Notes: generated by a model from the sequence alone, not told the origin. A DNA stretch of 64,000 nt from Octopus sinensis (GCF_006345805.1 NC_043021.1:15190001-15254000), one strand, 5' to 3'. Counted from the stretch's first letter, positions 38,098 to 52,079 are shown. A program made the numbers and translations.

Positions 38098-38891
38098 AAT
38101 ACCCAATGCTAAATGATGGACCACAAGCTCAAAAGATGTACATATTCACTCCCCACCCAGCATACCTGTATACATATTTATTTGTGTGTGTGTGTGTGAT
38201 TTGCTTTCACATAGTTTTTGCCCACTAAATTCACTCACCTGGGTTATATAAGTAGACACCCAAGGTGACACTCAGTGAAATTGAACCTGAAATCCTGTGG
38301 TTGCAAGGTAAGCTTCTAAATTACAAAACCATGCCTGTGACTTACTGTTTAGAGTAAAACTTGCTATTTTTGAATAAAACTTGTCCTAATTAAATGTTTA
38401 AATGTCTGAGATGAGTTATCGTTAATACGATTATGATTTTTCGGACAATTACCTTCATCTTTGGAGATGGAATTTGTAAAATATTGATTTCTGTCATGGG
38501 CATGGAGCCACAAATTTTGGCAGCAGGAGTATGGGTGTTCATATTGATCTTGATATTTCACAGTACAAATGTTTAAAATCTCTAAAGAGAAGTTTAATAG
38601 TTCAGAAAAATTTTTTAAAGAAGTTATCTGTCTGAAGACTTCAAACTAACAAAATTGTGATGATGGAATGATGGTCTGCAGGGAATCTGACCCAACCGAT
38701 TTGCTGTTTTTTCATTCCATACCTCTTCAGCACAAGCATGGCCCTGTGGTAAGAAGTTGGCTTCCTAACCACATGGTTTGGGTTCAGTTCCACAGTCTGG
38801 CATCTAGGGTGAGTGTCTTTACTATAACCCTGTGCTGACCAAAGCCTTGTAAGTAGATTTGGTTGGCAGAAACTGAAAGAAGCCTGTCGTA

Positions 38892-38922
<31 letters not shown>

Positions 38923-38989
38923 GTATATATATATCAGAAATATTAAGTTTCTAAATATCTCATAGAGATATGTACAGTGGTGGAGCAAT

Positions 38990-39302
38990 AGAGTGGTTGC
39001 ATACTGTCAACTTAACTTGACAGTCCTGTAAGGGAATTACACCACCGCTGTTTAACCCTAGGAAGCATCGACGCTTCCTGTCGGCCATGACACATTTCCT
39101 GTGTCCTTATATATTTAGCTTTGGAGGTGTTTGTCTCCCCTTCGTAAACATATAAAGTGTTTGTCTCTCCTTCGTAAATATATAAGGACACAGGAAATGT
39201 GTCAAGGCCGACAGGAAGCGTTGATGCTTCCTAGGGCTAAACAGCGGTGGTGTAATTCCCTTACAGGACTGTCACGTTAAGTTGACAGTATACAACCACT
39301 CT
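38990..39302. mobile_element. Foldback element / MITE with about 125-bp terminal inverted repeats
   Basis: 38990-39114 pairs with 39176-39302 with few mismatches; the spacer contains a 30-bp direct repeat. Confidence 0.9.
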
Positions 39303-39914
39303 CTCTCTCTATATATATATATATAATTATCATTTAATGTCAGCTTTCCATGCTGGCATGGGTTATGTGTGGGTGTGTGTTTGTGTGTTACTGTCTCCTT
39401 AAGTTCATGCAGGCAGTGTCCTTCATTTCCAGTCTTCTATGAAAGCATGTCTTGTGGGGGGAAATATTACCTTACTTGGAAACAGGAGGTGAGGGTTGGT
39501 AACAGGAAGGGCATCCAGCCATAGAAAGTCCACCTCATCAGATTTAGTTTGACCCATGCAAGCATGGAAAAGGGGACATTAAAAGAACAATCAGTTTTGT
39601 GTTTAGATCCTTTCGTTGGGTAATTTTGCCCTTCATCCGAACCGGGTTCAATAAAATATCAGTACCACTAAAATGCTTTTTAGTTCAAACGGTTATACTT
39701 TTATCTCCTTTCATACACACTTCCTATTGATAATCAATCACTTTCATTTTATTACAAATTATTTTAAAATTCTTTTTAAAGAAATTATTACTCTAACCCC
39801 CCACCTTTTTTGTGTGTTGTATTTTATCCTTTGATGTTGCTCTAAGTGCCTTGGGCCCTTGTAGCCAATAAAAGAAAACATTACTATTAATTATTATTAT
39901 TTTTGCTGTTGTTG

Positions 39915-40525
39915 TTTAGGCATTGAGCTGGCTTAAAATGGTTTGTAGCATTTCTTTCAATTCTTATGTTCTGAGACCAGATTCTGTCAAGGTCAACTTT
40001 GCTTTTCATATTTTCAGAGTCGATAAATTAAGTACCAGTGAAACACTGGGGTCAATGTAATCGACTAGTCCCTCTCTTCCTCAAATTTCAGGTCTTGTGC
40101 CTTTAACAGAAAGGATTGGTGAGCTGGCAGAATCGTTATCACTCTGAGCATTTTATCCATCTTCACATTCTGTGTTCAAATTCCACCGAGGTCGATTTTG
40201 CCTTTCATCCTTTCTGGGTTGATAAATTAAGTGGCAGTGAAACATTGGGGTCAATGCAGTTGATTAGTCCCCTCCCACAATATTTCAGGTCTTGTGCCTA
40301 TAATAGAAATGATTGTTGTTGTTGTTGTTTAGATAGTGAGTTGGCTCAGTTGTTAGCACTTAAGACAAAATGGTTGGCTGCAATTCTTTCAGCTCCTCTG
40401 TTCTGAGTTCAAATTGCTGGGGTCAATAAAATAAACACTAGTTAATTACTGGGATTGATGTGATTGACTTCTTCTTCCCTTCAAAATTACCGGCCTTGTG
40501 CCAAAATTAGAAAGAATTATTATTA
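39915..40525 (+). mobile_element. Three decayed head-to-tail SINE B variant copies
   Basis: Heads near 39918, 40117 and 40335; each ends GCCTTGTGCC...AGAAA(G)GATT. Confidence 0.7.
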
Positions 40526-40545
40526 CTCAAGAGTTATTATTATAT

Positions 40546-40950
40546 AGGCGCAGGAGTGGCTGTGTGGTAAGTAGCTTGTTTACCAACCACATGGTTCCGG
40601 GTTCAGTCCCACTGCGTGGCACCTTGGGCAAGTGTCTTCTACTATAGCCTCGGGCCGACCAAAGCCTTGTGAGTGGATTTGGTAGACGGAAACTGAAAGA
40701 AGCTCGTCGTATATATATATATATATATATGTGTGTGTTTGTGTTTGTCCCCTTAGCATTGCTTGACAACCGATGCTGGTGTGTTTATGTCCCCGTTACT
40801 TGACAGTTCGACAAAAGAGTCCGATAGAATAAGTACTGGGCTTACAAAAGAATAAGTCCCGGGGTCGAGTTGCTCGATTAAAGGCGGTGCTCCAGCATGG
40901 CCGCAGTCAAATGACTGAAATAAGTAAAAAGAGTAAAAAAGAGAGAGAGT
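40546..40950 (+). mobile_element. SINE family A (full length, young-looking)
   Basis: Intact CpGs and complete head and tail. Confidence 0.9.
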
Positions 40951-41136
40951 AATATGCTAATTTAATTAGCAAGGATATCTCAGTTTTCAATATGTGACGC
41001 AATGTGTTTTCCAATCCTGCAGCAAGGAGCTCTTACGGGGAAACAGCTAAAACATTTGACTTACCTTTGAAGCTATTTTTAGTAAAAGCTGCTTTATTTT
41101 TAGAACAGGTTAATTAAAGGCTCCGGTTTTATACAG

Positions 41137-41171
<35 letters not shown>

Positions 41172-42518
41172 TGATCATGTTATTGATACAACCACGGTAG
41201 ACTTACTTGGATGCCTTTATCTGTGCTGTTGTTTTTGTGTGTGAACGTATCTAGAACTTTCTCATGCACTACTTTCACACAACGGATGCTCTACTAAACT
41301 ATAAATAGTTTCATTACTCAATGGAATCGTGTGAGTGGTTTCATACACTTGCAACATTTGTGTCAAACATGATCGAATGAGTGATTGATCAATCTATTGA
41401 TTGGTTGTAGATGTTTTCTTTTCTATTGTCAACCGTTTTTTTTTGATGTTTTTCAAAAAGATATTTTTTCAAATAATATTGAAAATAAAGAATGACAAAA
41501 TAAATACAATAAAATAATTCACTCTCTTTTTTTTTCTTGGTAATTTGCCAATAAAAATTATTTTCACTAATTATTATTTTTGTTTTTTGTTTTTGAATAG
41601 TTAGAAAGAGGTTAGGAACTGCCTTAAAATAAATAAATGTGAAAACGATAGTCTGCAGAAGAGGTAGTGTTTGTGACCTTTGCATATACTCCAAGATTGA
41701 TGAGATTGGTGGAGCTGATTGTCCAGAATTTGAACATCTGTAGGTTAGTGTTTGGGGGGAAAAAATTTGGGTAGAGAGGGGAGGGAAAGCTTTAGATTGG
41801 CTTCTGTAAAAAAAAAAATTTGGTGGAGAAGGAAACTGTTGAAGCAATAGTTTGGTCTTGAGGAAAAAATATGGGTGAAAGGAATTGATGAAGTTGTAGA
41901 TCTGGTAAGAAAAGATTGGTCTAAGTGCTAGCTAGATATCATCATCATTATCAATCCCTGGCCATAACTGCCACGAGTCCTAGGATGCATAGGGCTGATT
42001 ACCTGATTTCTATTGTGTATAAGTGATTGAGATCTCAATAATTCCCTTGAGTGGGACATCAGTCTGTGACAGGGTTACTCATTCACAGCTGAGTGGACTG
42101 GAATAACATTAAGTGAAGTATTTCATTTTTGGATTTAGTTTGCAAGATTCTTTCTATGAGTTCGTGTGTTGAAGCATATTCTGTTGTGTCTGGGGAGAGT
42201 CATTTTCTTTTTGTGCCTTATAATGAAACTATTGAAAAGGTTGCAAGATGCAACGAAAATTTTAGGAAAATAAAAATAAGAAATAAGTGGAAATTTTACT
42301 GGCGAGTGTGTTACATTTTAAGACACACAAAGAAAATGACTCTCCCCAGACACAACAGATTAAGTGAAGTGTTTTGCTCAAAATCACAATGCACTGCCTG
42401 GTCCAGGAGCTGAAATCATGATTTTTGCAATTGTGAGTGCAACACCCTAACCACTGGGCCATGTGTCTTCACTGATCCTTTCATTACCTTATTTCCAATA
42501 AAATGGATAGTGACATGT

Positions 42519-42945
42519 CATCATCATCATTGTTTAACGTCCATTTTCTATGCTGACATGGGTTGGATGGTTTGACTGGGGACTGGCAAGCCAGGAGGTC
42601 GCACCAGTCTCCAGTCTGATCTGGCAATGTTTCTACAGCTGGATGCCCTTCCTAATGCCAACCACTCCGAGAGTGTAGTGGGTGCTTTTTATGTTCCACC
42701 GGCACAGGAGCCAGTCAGGTGGCACTGGCATCAGCCATGTTTGGATGGTACTTTTTACATGCTACCGGCACAGGAGCCAGTGAGGAGGGGGGCAGCATAG
42801 ATCACGTTTGCATGGTGTTTTTATGTGCCACTGGCACAGGGAGCCAGTCAGGTGGTACTGGCAACCCACGTAAGAATGGTGCTTATTGCGTGCCACCCGC
42901 ACGAGAGCCAGTCAGGCAGCACTGGCATCGGCCACAACGACAATT
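42519..42945 (-). mobile_element. SINE-like family C with about five internal subrepeats
   Basis: (CAT)n then the reverse complement of the family C core, and repeated GTGCCACCGGCAC-like blocks. Confidence 0.85.
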
Positions 42946-43467
42946 TCCATTTGATTGTGATTTGATTTTTGAATAAAGTTGGAGAAAAAGAATATTTTAG
43001 GAATTAGAAAGAATTATAAACTTTCCATTGTTCCTGTTGATATTAACCCCACCAGAGACCATGATTTTGTGATCATGAGTGCAACACCCTCAGCGCTAGG
43101 CCTAGACACCTTCACATAGCTAGATGGGATCCCTAAAACTGCTCATTGATTGATTTCCATTCTAAGGTGGAAATGAACACCGCTTCTCTCTCTGACATGT
43201 TTGACTAATTAGCCTAGTAATTATTGATTACCAGCACTTAATTAGTGTAATCAAGAATGTGTAAGTTAATCCCAACAGAATCTGAATTTAGCACACCACT
43301 CTAATGTTTATAAGTTTTGTACACTTTTCAATTAATCAATCACCTGCCATGAATAATTTATAAATATTAATGGTATCAGTATTTGCTTAAGCGGCAGAAT
43401 TGACCCGCCTGGACTGCATGTTGAGCTTGCTTTATAAATTGTGTATGTGTACAAGCCAGTTTATTCT

Positions 43468-43647
43468 TTAACCCTTTTGATATCAATCTGCCTGAGACTG
43501 CCCCAGGTTCTTTGACTCGTGGTACAATATCACCCGCCAAAGCAATGTTTTAACCCTTTCATTACCAACCCGGCTGAAACCGGCTTTGGCTCTTTAGAAC
43601 AAATGTCTTGTTTTCATAAGATTTGAATTAAAATGCTAAAGGGTTAA
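43468..43647. mobile_element. Nested or chimeric piggyBac-type MITE ends
   Basis: TTAACCCTTT at 43468 and 43550; closes with AATGCTAAAGGGTTAA. Confidence 0.6.
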
Positions 43648-44567
43648 GCAAAATACAGAAAGAAGCCTGTTGTGTGTGTGTGTGTTTATGGATGTCTCTG
43701 GGTTTCAGTCCGTGTCTTCCTCCCTACTACTTGACAACCAGTGTTGGTTTGTTTGTATCCCCATAACTTAGTGGTTTGGCAAAAGAGACATAGAATAACT
43801 ACTAGATTAAGATTGGATAGGGTTGAAAGGTGCATAAGGAGCATTAGATGATCACTGATGCATGAACTGGGAGAGGCAAGAAGAGTAGGTGATGACTGAC
43901 CATGCAGATGAAATATTACTTGTAAAATTATTAAAGGATATGATGTAACTCCCTTCGACATTTGTTTCCACCTTGTGGTGTTGTAGTTTAGTCCCAGGTG
44001 CACATTAGACTACATTATGCAATGCTCCCACCCCCTTTTTTTTTAACACAATAGGATGTGATAGGAATGAGATTTAACTGCTTTTTCTAATTCAAACAAT
44101 AATATAGAGGTTTCCTTGTTTGCTTGCTTCTTTTCATCTTGTGTATTTAGGACTGATTAGTTTTCTGCTCTCATTTCCTCTCCAAGCTAAATATACATCA
44201 AAGATTTGAACTCAACATTATTAACCCAACAAAACACTTGTAAGTTAAACACTGCTGTACCTCGTCTTACTACTTATTTACAATTAGCTGGATTGAGCCA
44301 GTAAGAGCAGGTGCCCTCATGGGGGTATATGGATCTCAGCCCCAAAGGCTAGTATTGGCCAGCAGTTGAGAAATTTTTCAGCTGCTTTCATTGAAATTTT
44401 TATGCATGGGATGATAATTCTTGAATTCATTTCAATACAACCTTTTCTCAACCACACAAGTGTGGATGTGTGTTTGAGAAATGTATCTATGTGTGTTTCT
44501 GGTGTACCCTTGTCTTGATGGTGTTTGATGGTTGTAAATGAGCATCACCGTCATACAAGCTGGCAGA

Positions 44568-44780
44568 AACGTTAGCACGCCGGGCGTAATACATAGCCGT
44601 ATTTCATCTGCCATTATGTTCTGAGTTCAAATTCCGCTGAGGTCGACTTTGCCTTTCATCCTTTCGGGGTCGATTAAATAAGTACCAGTTGCGCACTGGG
44701 GTCGATGTAATCAACTTAATCTGTTTGTCTGTCCTTGTTTGTCCCCTCTGTGTTTGGCCCCTTGTGGGTAGTAAAGAAAT
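44568..44780 (+). mobile_element. SINE family B
   Basis: Family B sequence through AAAGAAAT. Confidence 0.85.
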
Positions 44781-45194
44781 GAGTATTGTTCATTTCTAGT
44801 CTAATGTGAAAAACACATCCAGGTATGAGGAAATGTTCCTTTGCTTAGAAACAAGTGGGGTTGGCAATAAGAAGGGCTTCCAGCTGTTAAAAAAAAAAAG
44901 TAGGTCTGAAGGTGATGATGATGATGATAGTGAGGCTGATGACTTCTACTGAAACATGCTGCAGTGTTTTATTTTGTAACCAGGGGCAGTTCAGGTGGGT
45001 TGGTGTCAAAGGGTTTTAAGGGGCAGCTTTTGATAGTTGTTAGGTCATTCTTACTCCACCCTTTTGTTACCATATTTCTGTTGAGACACACTGCCTTTGT
45101 TTCTGTTCATTTCGAAAATGATGAAGAATTAGGTAAAATGACTGCCTGTATTAAGCCGAGGAAATTTTAGCGGAAGATTTTAACCTAGGTGACA

Positions 45195-45495
45195 TGTAAA
45201 ATGCACCATCCGCTCGTGGCCATTGCCAGCCTCGCTTGGCCCCCGTGCCGGTGGCACGTAAAAAGCACCATCCGATCGTGGCCATTTGCCAGCCTCGTCT
45301 GACACCTGTGCCGGTGGCACGTAAAAAGCACCCACTACACTCACGGAGTGGTTGGCGTTAGGAAGGGCATCCAGCCGTAGAAACATTGCCAGATCAGACT
45401 GGACCTGGTGCAGCCTTCTGGCTTCCCAGACCCCAGTTGAACCGTCCAACCCATGCTAGCATGGAATGTGGACGCTAAACGATGATGATGATGAT
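45195..45495 (+). mobile_element. SINE-like family C
   Basis: Subrepeats, core and (GAT)n tail. Confidence 0.9.
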
Positions 45496-46399
45496 CACTT
45501 TGAAACAAGAAGCTTGTATCACAGAACTAGGGATTGTCATGGGCAGGTTAATATCAAAAGGGTTAATTGATTTATCATTACCATCATCATCATCATCAGT
45601 TTGATGGTTTGACATGGAGCTGACTAGCAGGGAGCTGTCTAGACTCCAGCTGTCTGTTGAAGCATGGTTTCCACTGTCTGATACCCTTCATAATGCCAAC
45701 TACTTAACAGAGTTTTTTTACAGGCCACCGGCACGGGTGGGTTTATGTGGCTCCAGCACCTGAAAGGAGTGTGGAAGATAACGATTTTACTTAGCTTGAC
45801 GTGTCTTATCAAGTACAGTTAGTTGCCTCATCTCACCGTCTCGTCATTTCCTCAGCGAGGCCCAGCGAAATTAAAAGTAGAAATTAAAAACAAGCAAATA
45901 TGGAAATGAAAATATGTGAAGACAAAGAATTTTTTTTATTATATTAAGTGGACAGACCGACTACTTAAGCAGAATTGACTTGAAATTGGTTGAAGGAGGA
46001 AATTATGATAAGGAACTCTACAGAAAATTATATTTGGCATTTGATTTAAAAACTCTGTAATAAGGCAATTTCTTGGTTTATTTTAGTATTCTTTTATATT
46101 ATTTTTTTATAATTTATTTATTTTGTATTAAGACAGTTATGTTTGCTGGAATGGAAATAAATTAGATCTCAAGACTTCTGTTGACGAATGTTAAGTTCAC
46201 ACGAGAAAAGAAGATAGAACGGAATTTAATTTAGAATCCAAGGAAAAAGGCATGAGAAACAATAATACTGTGTCTTGGATATGCAAGTCACCGTATATTT
46301 TGGAATACTGCAAACTACTGAAGCGTAAACAATAGATTGAATGTGAAAACTGTTCAAATCCTCTTGGCCAATGAAACACAGATACACACACACACACAC

Positions 46400-46845
46400 A
46401 TATATCAGCAACATGTGTGTATGTATATATATATATATGTGTAATAAATAAAATATATGCATACATACAAACATATATGTACGTACCGACATCTACATGT
46501 ATATATACATGCATATATATGTGTATATGTATATATATATATATATATATGTATATCTGTATACATGTATGTATGTCTATATGTATACATGTATGTATAT
46601 ACATGTTTGTATCTATATGTATATACATGTATATGTATTTATATGTATGTATGTGTGTGTATATATCTATATATATGTATACATGTATGTATGTATGTCT
46701 ATATGTATGTACGTCTATATGTATACATGCATGTATGTATGTCTGTCTATATGTATACATGTATGTATATACATGTTTGTATCTATATGTATATACATGT
46801 ATATGTATTTATATGTATGAATATATATGTGTGTGTATATATATT
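46400..46845. repeat. Compound microsatellite with higher-order duplication
   Basis: The block GTATACATGTATGTATATACATGTTTGTATCTATATG... occurs twice inside an R/Y tract. Confidence 0.9.
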
Positions 46846-47184
46846 TATAAAATACCAAAGCTCACAGTGTATATTTCTATTTGTGTATTCAACCATTATT
46901 ACTAGTGAGAGTTAATTTATTTTTATTTTTGATTTAACCCTTTATCATCTAAACCAGCTTTACCAGCCCCAGATATTCTACCTGTTTTAAGTTCAAACTG
47001 GCCAGTTCTGGCCTCTCACACCTACCCTACAATGTCATTCTAAAAATAAACAGTTTTTGTATCTATTTGCTTCCTTTTTTCTGAGGAAGCAGGATATTAT
47101 GACCATTGCAAGTAGGTGAGATTCTAGCCATGACCACCTTGTCTTTTCTATATCAAGGATTACATTTCCCAATATGTCATCATT

Positions 47185-48070
47185 TTGCTGGCAGAATCAT
47201 TAGCACACCAGGCAAGACAATTAGCAACATTTAGTCTGTCCTTACATTCTGAGTTCAAGTTCTGCTGAAGTCGACTTTGCCTTTCATCCTTTCAGGGTCA
47301 ATGAAATAAGTACCAGTTATGCAACTAGGGTTGATGTAATCGACTTGCTGCCCCTCCCCCAAATTTCAAGCCTTGTACCTATAGTAGAAAAGATCATCAT
47401 CATTATTATTATTATGACAAAGGTGGCTAGCTGGTAGAAACGTTAGTATTTCGGGCAAAATGCTTAGCAGTATTTCATCTTTACATTCTGAGTTCAAATT
47501 CTGCTGAGGTCGGCTTTGCCTTTTATCCTTTCGAGGTCGATAAATTAAGTACTAGTTGCATAATGGGGTCAATCTAATCGACTGCCCCCCCCCTCCCCAA
47601 ACATTTTGTGCCTTGTGCCTAGAGTAGAAAAGATTCTTATTATGACAGTAAGCTAGCAGAATCATTAGCACACCAGAGAAATGCTTAGTGGCATTTCATC
47701 TATCTTTGTGTTCTGAGTTCAAATTCCACTGCCTTTTGTCCTTTCATGGTCGATAAAATAAGTACCAGTTGAGTGCTGGGGTTGATGTGATCAACTTACT
47801 CCCTCCTTGAAATTCCTTGCCTTGTGCCAAAATTCGAAACCATTATTGTTATTAATTTTGGCAGCAAGCCGGCAGAATTGTTAGCATGCTGGGCAAAATA
47901 CTAAGTGGTATTTCTTCTTGTTTTGCGTTCTGAGTTCAAATTCCACTAAGGTCAGCTTTGCTTTTTATCCTCTCAGGGTCGATGAAGTAAGTACCAGTCA
48001 TATACTGCGACCGCTGAAATTGACCAGTCCTCTCCTCCTGCTGAAATTTCAGGCCCTGTGGCTTTTGTAG
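47185..48070 (+). mobile_element. Four diverged head-to-tail SINE B variant copies
   Basis: Heads near 47189, 47425, 47650 and 47866; the last three are preceded by (ATT)n-like tails. Confidence 0.8.
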
Positions 48071-49754
48071 AACGAATTGTTAATATTTTATTTTATTCCT
48101 GACCGAGTTTATTTGTTGATGGATTTGTGTAAATAAATTCATGTTTCACCATATTTAGATTATGGATGGAACAATAAAGCTAGCATCCCTTATGTAATCT
48201 GCTAAATTGATTAGCTGTAATAAACTACTGATTGGACAATAAAACTGCTAACACTCACAATTGGCGACGGTTATGATGACGAAGTTGTTGGTGATGACAA
48301 TGGTAATTGAAGCGGTGAGGAGGGGAGATAATCAAGTCTCATGCTTGGAACTCATTTGAAGGAACTGAGTCGTGTGTTTGCTTTATCTGATTAACTTATG
48401 TTAATTAACTGAACGATTTAACTAATTAACAAATCAAGGATTTTGTTTGTACATCTTTTTGTCATCATGTGCTGAGCAACAGTGTCTCCTAAAATTGGAT
48501 TTACTAACTAAAATTAAATAGAACAGCTGCCTCTAATGCGTTTTATTAGGGAATATGGAAGGGATAGGGGTGTGCATGTTTTCGTTTTTCCTTCCTATTT
48601 TTAATCACTTGTTAAATTGTTTTCCACTAATTAAGGCAACAATTTATGTGTGATAATGATTGTTAAATGCTCTGACAGGATTTTCTGTGAAAACCATGTT
48701 CAGCTCTTTCAACACAGCCCCTACCTCTCACCGTACCTTGTTCTAAGATACCAACTGTATCCCCGAACCAAATTTTTCTTAGATCTTCTATCTTTTACTT
48801 GTTTCAACTGTTGTTTTGTGGCCATGTTGGAGCACCACCTCGAAAGGACAAACTAACTCCAGTACTTTTGTTTGTTTCGGAAGTCTGGTACTTTTCCATT
48901 AGTCCCTTTTGCTGTAGTTGTTAGGGAGATTCAGCATGGCATAGTACGTGACAAGGCCGGTCCTTTGAATTACAGGTACAATTCATTTTTGCCAGCTGAG
49001 TGGACTGGAGCAACATGAAATAAAGTGTCTTGCTCAACAAAACAAGATGCCGCTGTGTATCGAACTCACGACCTTACTCTCTTGAGCTGAACGCCCTAAC
49101 CATTTCGCCATGCACCATCACAAATGTTTATATTACATAACAAAATATATCTTGTATCACAAAACGCTTGCATATTTTTTTTTGATTATCTTGCAAATGA
49201 AACATCTCGACTGTCTACTCTGCTCAATGAATAATAAATATAGATAGAAATAATCCGAAATAAGGTCGTGAAAGGTTTGAGGGTTAAAGCAAGTTAAGAG
49301 CAGTCTACAATAATATTGTCTGCTTTGAAAGCAATATGACGTAATAGATGCCACTCGCTTGCATTCAGAACTGCACACTTGTATTCATTGCTGCATATTC
49401 ATTCATAAACTACATCTAATGCACAGATTACATCCATTTGTTATAATTTCTGCCTTTTCATGATAAAGATAAACCTCTATATTCGCTTATAATATCGATT
49501 GATTTTTGTAATTTTTTTTTTGTGTGTGCTTATTATTGATAAATTGGTATCCAGTCGTATTCATGATTGCTGATTGCTTCTTGTTTTGTTTGTTGTTTTT
49601 TTGTTGTTTTTTTTCCAAATTTTTTGTTTTGTTTACTTGTTTTTGAGGCTGGTTTAATTCTGTGACAAGATCAATAATAATAATTTGTTTCTAATGATAT
49701 TACATACTGTTATTTTATTTATTTATTTATTTATTCATTTATTTATTTTGAAAT

Positions 49755-50298
49755 GGCTGTGTGGTTAAGAAGCTCACTTTGCAAATGTGCGGTTTTGGGT
49801 TCGATCCTACTGCACAGTACCTTGGGGCTATGTTTTCTTTTATAGCCAGTTCTTGGCTGACTAATGCATTGTTTGTAGATTTCATAGATGGAAACTGTGT
49901 GGAATCCTATTGTACATGTGTTTATGTGTGTGTTTGTACTCCTCATTGCTTCACAACCAGTGTGGGTTTGCATATGTTCTTGTAACTTAGCAGTTCAGCA
50001 AAGAGAGCAATGAAATAAGTACCATCAGACTGAAAAACAAAAAAACAACTACTGGAGTAGGTTTATTTATCTAATCTCTTTAAGGCAGTGCTCCAGCATG
50101 GTTGTAGTCCCGTGACAGAAACAAAACTAAATAGGCACAGGAGTGGTTGTGTGGTAAGTAGCTTGCTAACCAACCACATGGTTCCGGGTTCAGTCCCACT
50201 GCGTGGCATCTTGGGCAAGTGTCTTCTGCTATAGCTCCAAGCTAACCAATGCCTTGTGAGTGGATTTGGTAGACGGAAACTGAAAGAAGCCTGTCGTA

Positions 50299-50351
<53 letters not shown>

Positions 50352-51050
50352 ATGTGTTTGTGTGTCTGTGTTTGTCCCCCTAGCATTGCTTGACAACCGA
50401 TGCTGGTGTGTTTACGTCACTTAGCGGTTCGGCAAAAGAGACTGATAGAATAAGTACTGGGATTACAAAGAATAAGTCCCGGGGTCGATTTGCTCGACTA
50501 AAGGTGGTGCTCTAGCATGGCCGCAGTCAAATGACTGAAACAAGTAAAAAGAGAGAAAAGAGAGTATATAGCAAGGACATGGTATTTCATTTTACAATCA
50601 TAATACATTACCAAGTATTATATTGAAGGTTTACGAGTCAGTATTCTGCCTTTTGTGTTATATGTGTATATATACAGGAGTGGCTGTGTAGTAAGTGGCT
50701 TGCTTCCCAACCACATGGTTCCAGGTTCAATCCCACTGTGTGGGATTGAAGACCTTGGGCAAGTGTTTTCTGTTATAGCCTCGGGTTGACCAAAACCTTG
50801 TGAATAGATTTGGTAGATGGAAACTGAAAGAAGCCCGTCATATATGTGTGTGTTTCTGTGTTCCCCCCTCCCAACATCGCTTGACAACTGATGCTGGTGC
50901 ATTTGCATCCCCATAACTTAGTGGTTCGGCAAAAGAGACCGATAGAATAAGTGCTAGGCTTACAAAGAATAAGTCCTGGGGTTGATTCGCTCGACTAAAG
51001 GCAGTGCTCCAGCATGGCTGCAGTCAAAATACTGAAACACATAAAAATAA
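49755..51050 (+). mobile_element. Cluster of three same-orientation SINE A copies
   Basis: Copies at about 49755-50130, 50133-50565 and 50677-51050. Confidence 0.85.
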
Positions 51051-51088
51051 ATATATATATATATATGTGTGTGTGTGTATATACATAC

Positions 51089-51125
<37 letters not shown>

Positions 51126-51524
51126 ATAATGACCCCAATTAATTCCTAATGTTCGTTAGGAAGAAATATCTTAATATAAAGCTTAGTTGTAATGACATTT
51201 AAAATAGAAGCCAAAAGATCATTCTTTTTCTTCTTCCTCCTCTTTGCATTTCTAGGTCAAACGCATTCTTGTGTCAAAGAAAACTGCCTCTTCTTCCACC
51301 GTTCCAAATTAAGCGCCATTCTAGTCCGTTTAAAATATCTGATTTTATAATTGATTTTGTAGGAGAATATTGAATTTAGCTGGGATTTTTTTTGTTTCTT
51401 TTTTTTTTATCTTGTTTTTCTTATTTCTTTTATCTGTTTGTTTGTATGTCTTCGTTGTTTTTTTTTTCCCCCTTGAAGAAGATTTTAAAATTAGATTCAC
51501 ATTGATTTGAATAATTTTCACAAT

Positions 51525-51563
<39 letters not shown>

Positions 51564-51568
51564 GTTTC

Positions 51569-51611
<43 letters not shown>

Positions 51612-52048
51612 ACACAGACACTCACGTGCACACACACGTGTATACACACATATGCACACACACACGCGTGTATACACACATATGCACACACGCATTAACT
51701 CAAATACTTTTAGCTTTTAAATTTCAAATCTAAAACAAATTAAAATTGTGGAAGAAAATAAAATTTTTTTCCTGCTTATTTTTTACAATTTTCTTTAGAA
51801 TAATAACTAAATTTTATTTTCACGTTCTATTTTTGTTGTTGTTTAGTGACTAAATACCTTGAATCTATGTTTTTATGAGTGAAAGATTATTGATAAGGTA
51901 TGATTTAATAATGAATGTTTGGTTGGGTGTTTAAGTTAATAGACTTCTTACTGCTGCTTTTACGAGTCTTCATTCTTCTGTCTTGGGAATTAACACTCAT
52001 GTTCTTCAGGAAGACACATAAACAAAGATTCTAAGGAACAGATTTATA

Positions 52049-52079
<31 letters not shown>

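Noticed and set aside
41640-41745. Short protein-like frame VKTIVCRRGSVCDLCIYSKIDEIGGADCPEFEHL
   Set aside because: Only about 34 codons, no supported acceptor or start, no recognisable family.
45195-45330. CRISPR-like geometry: 25-bp hairpin repeats with 30-40 nt spacers
   Set aside because: Spacers are homologous between loci, the array is part of a dispersed eukaryotic retroposon, and no cas genes are present.
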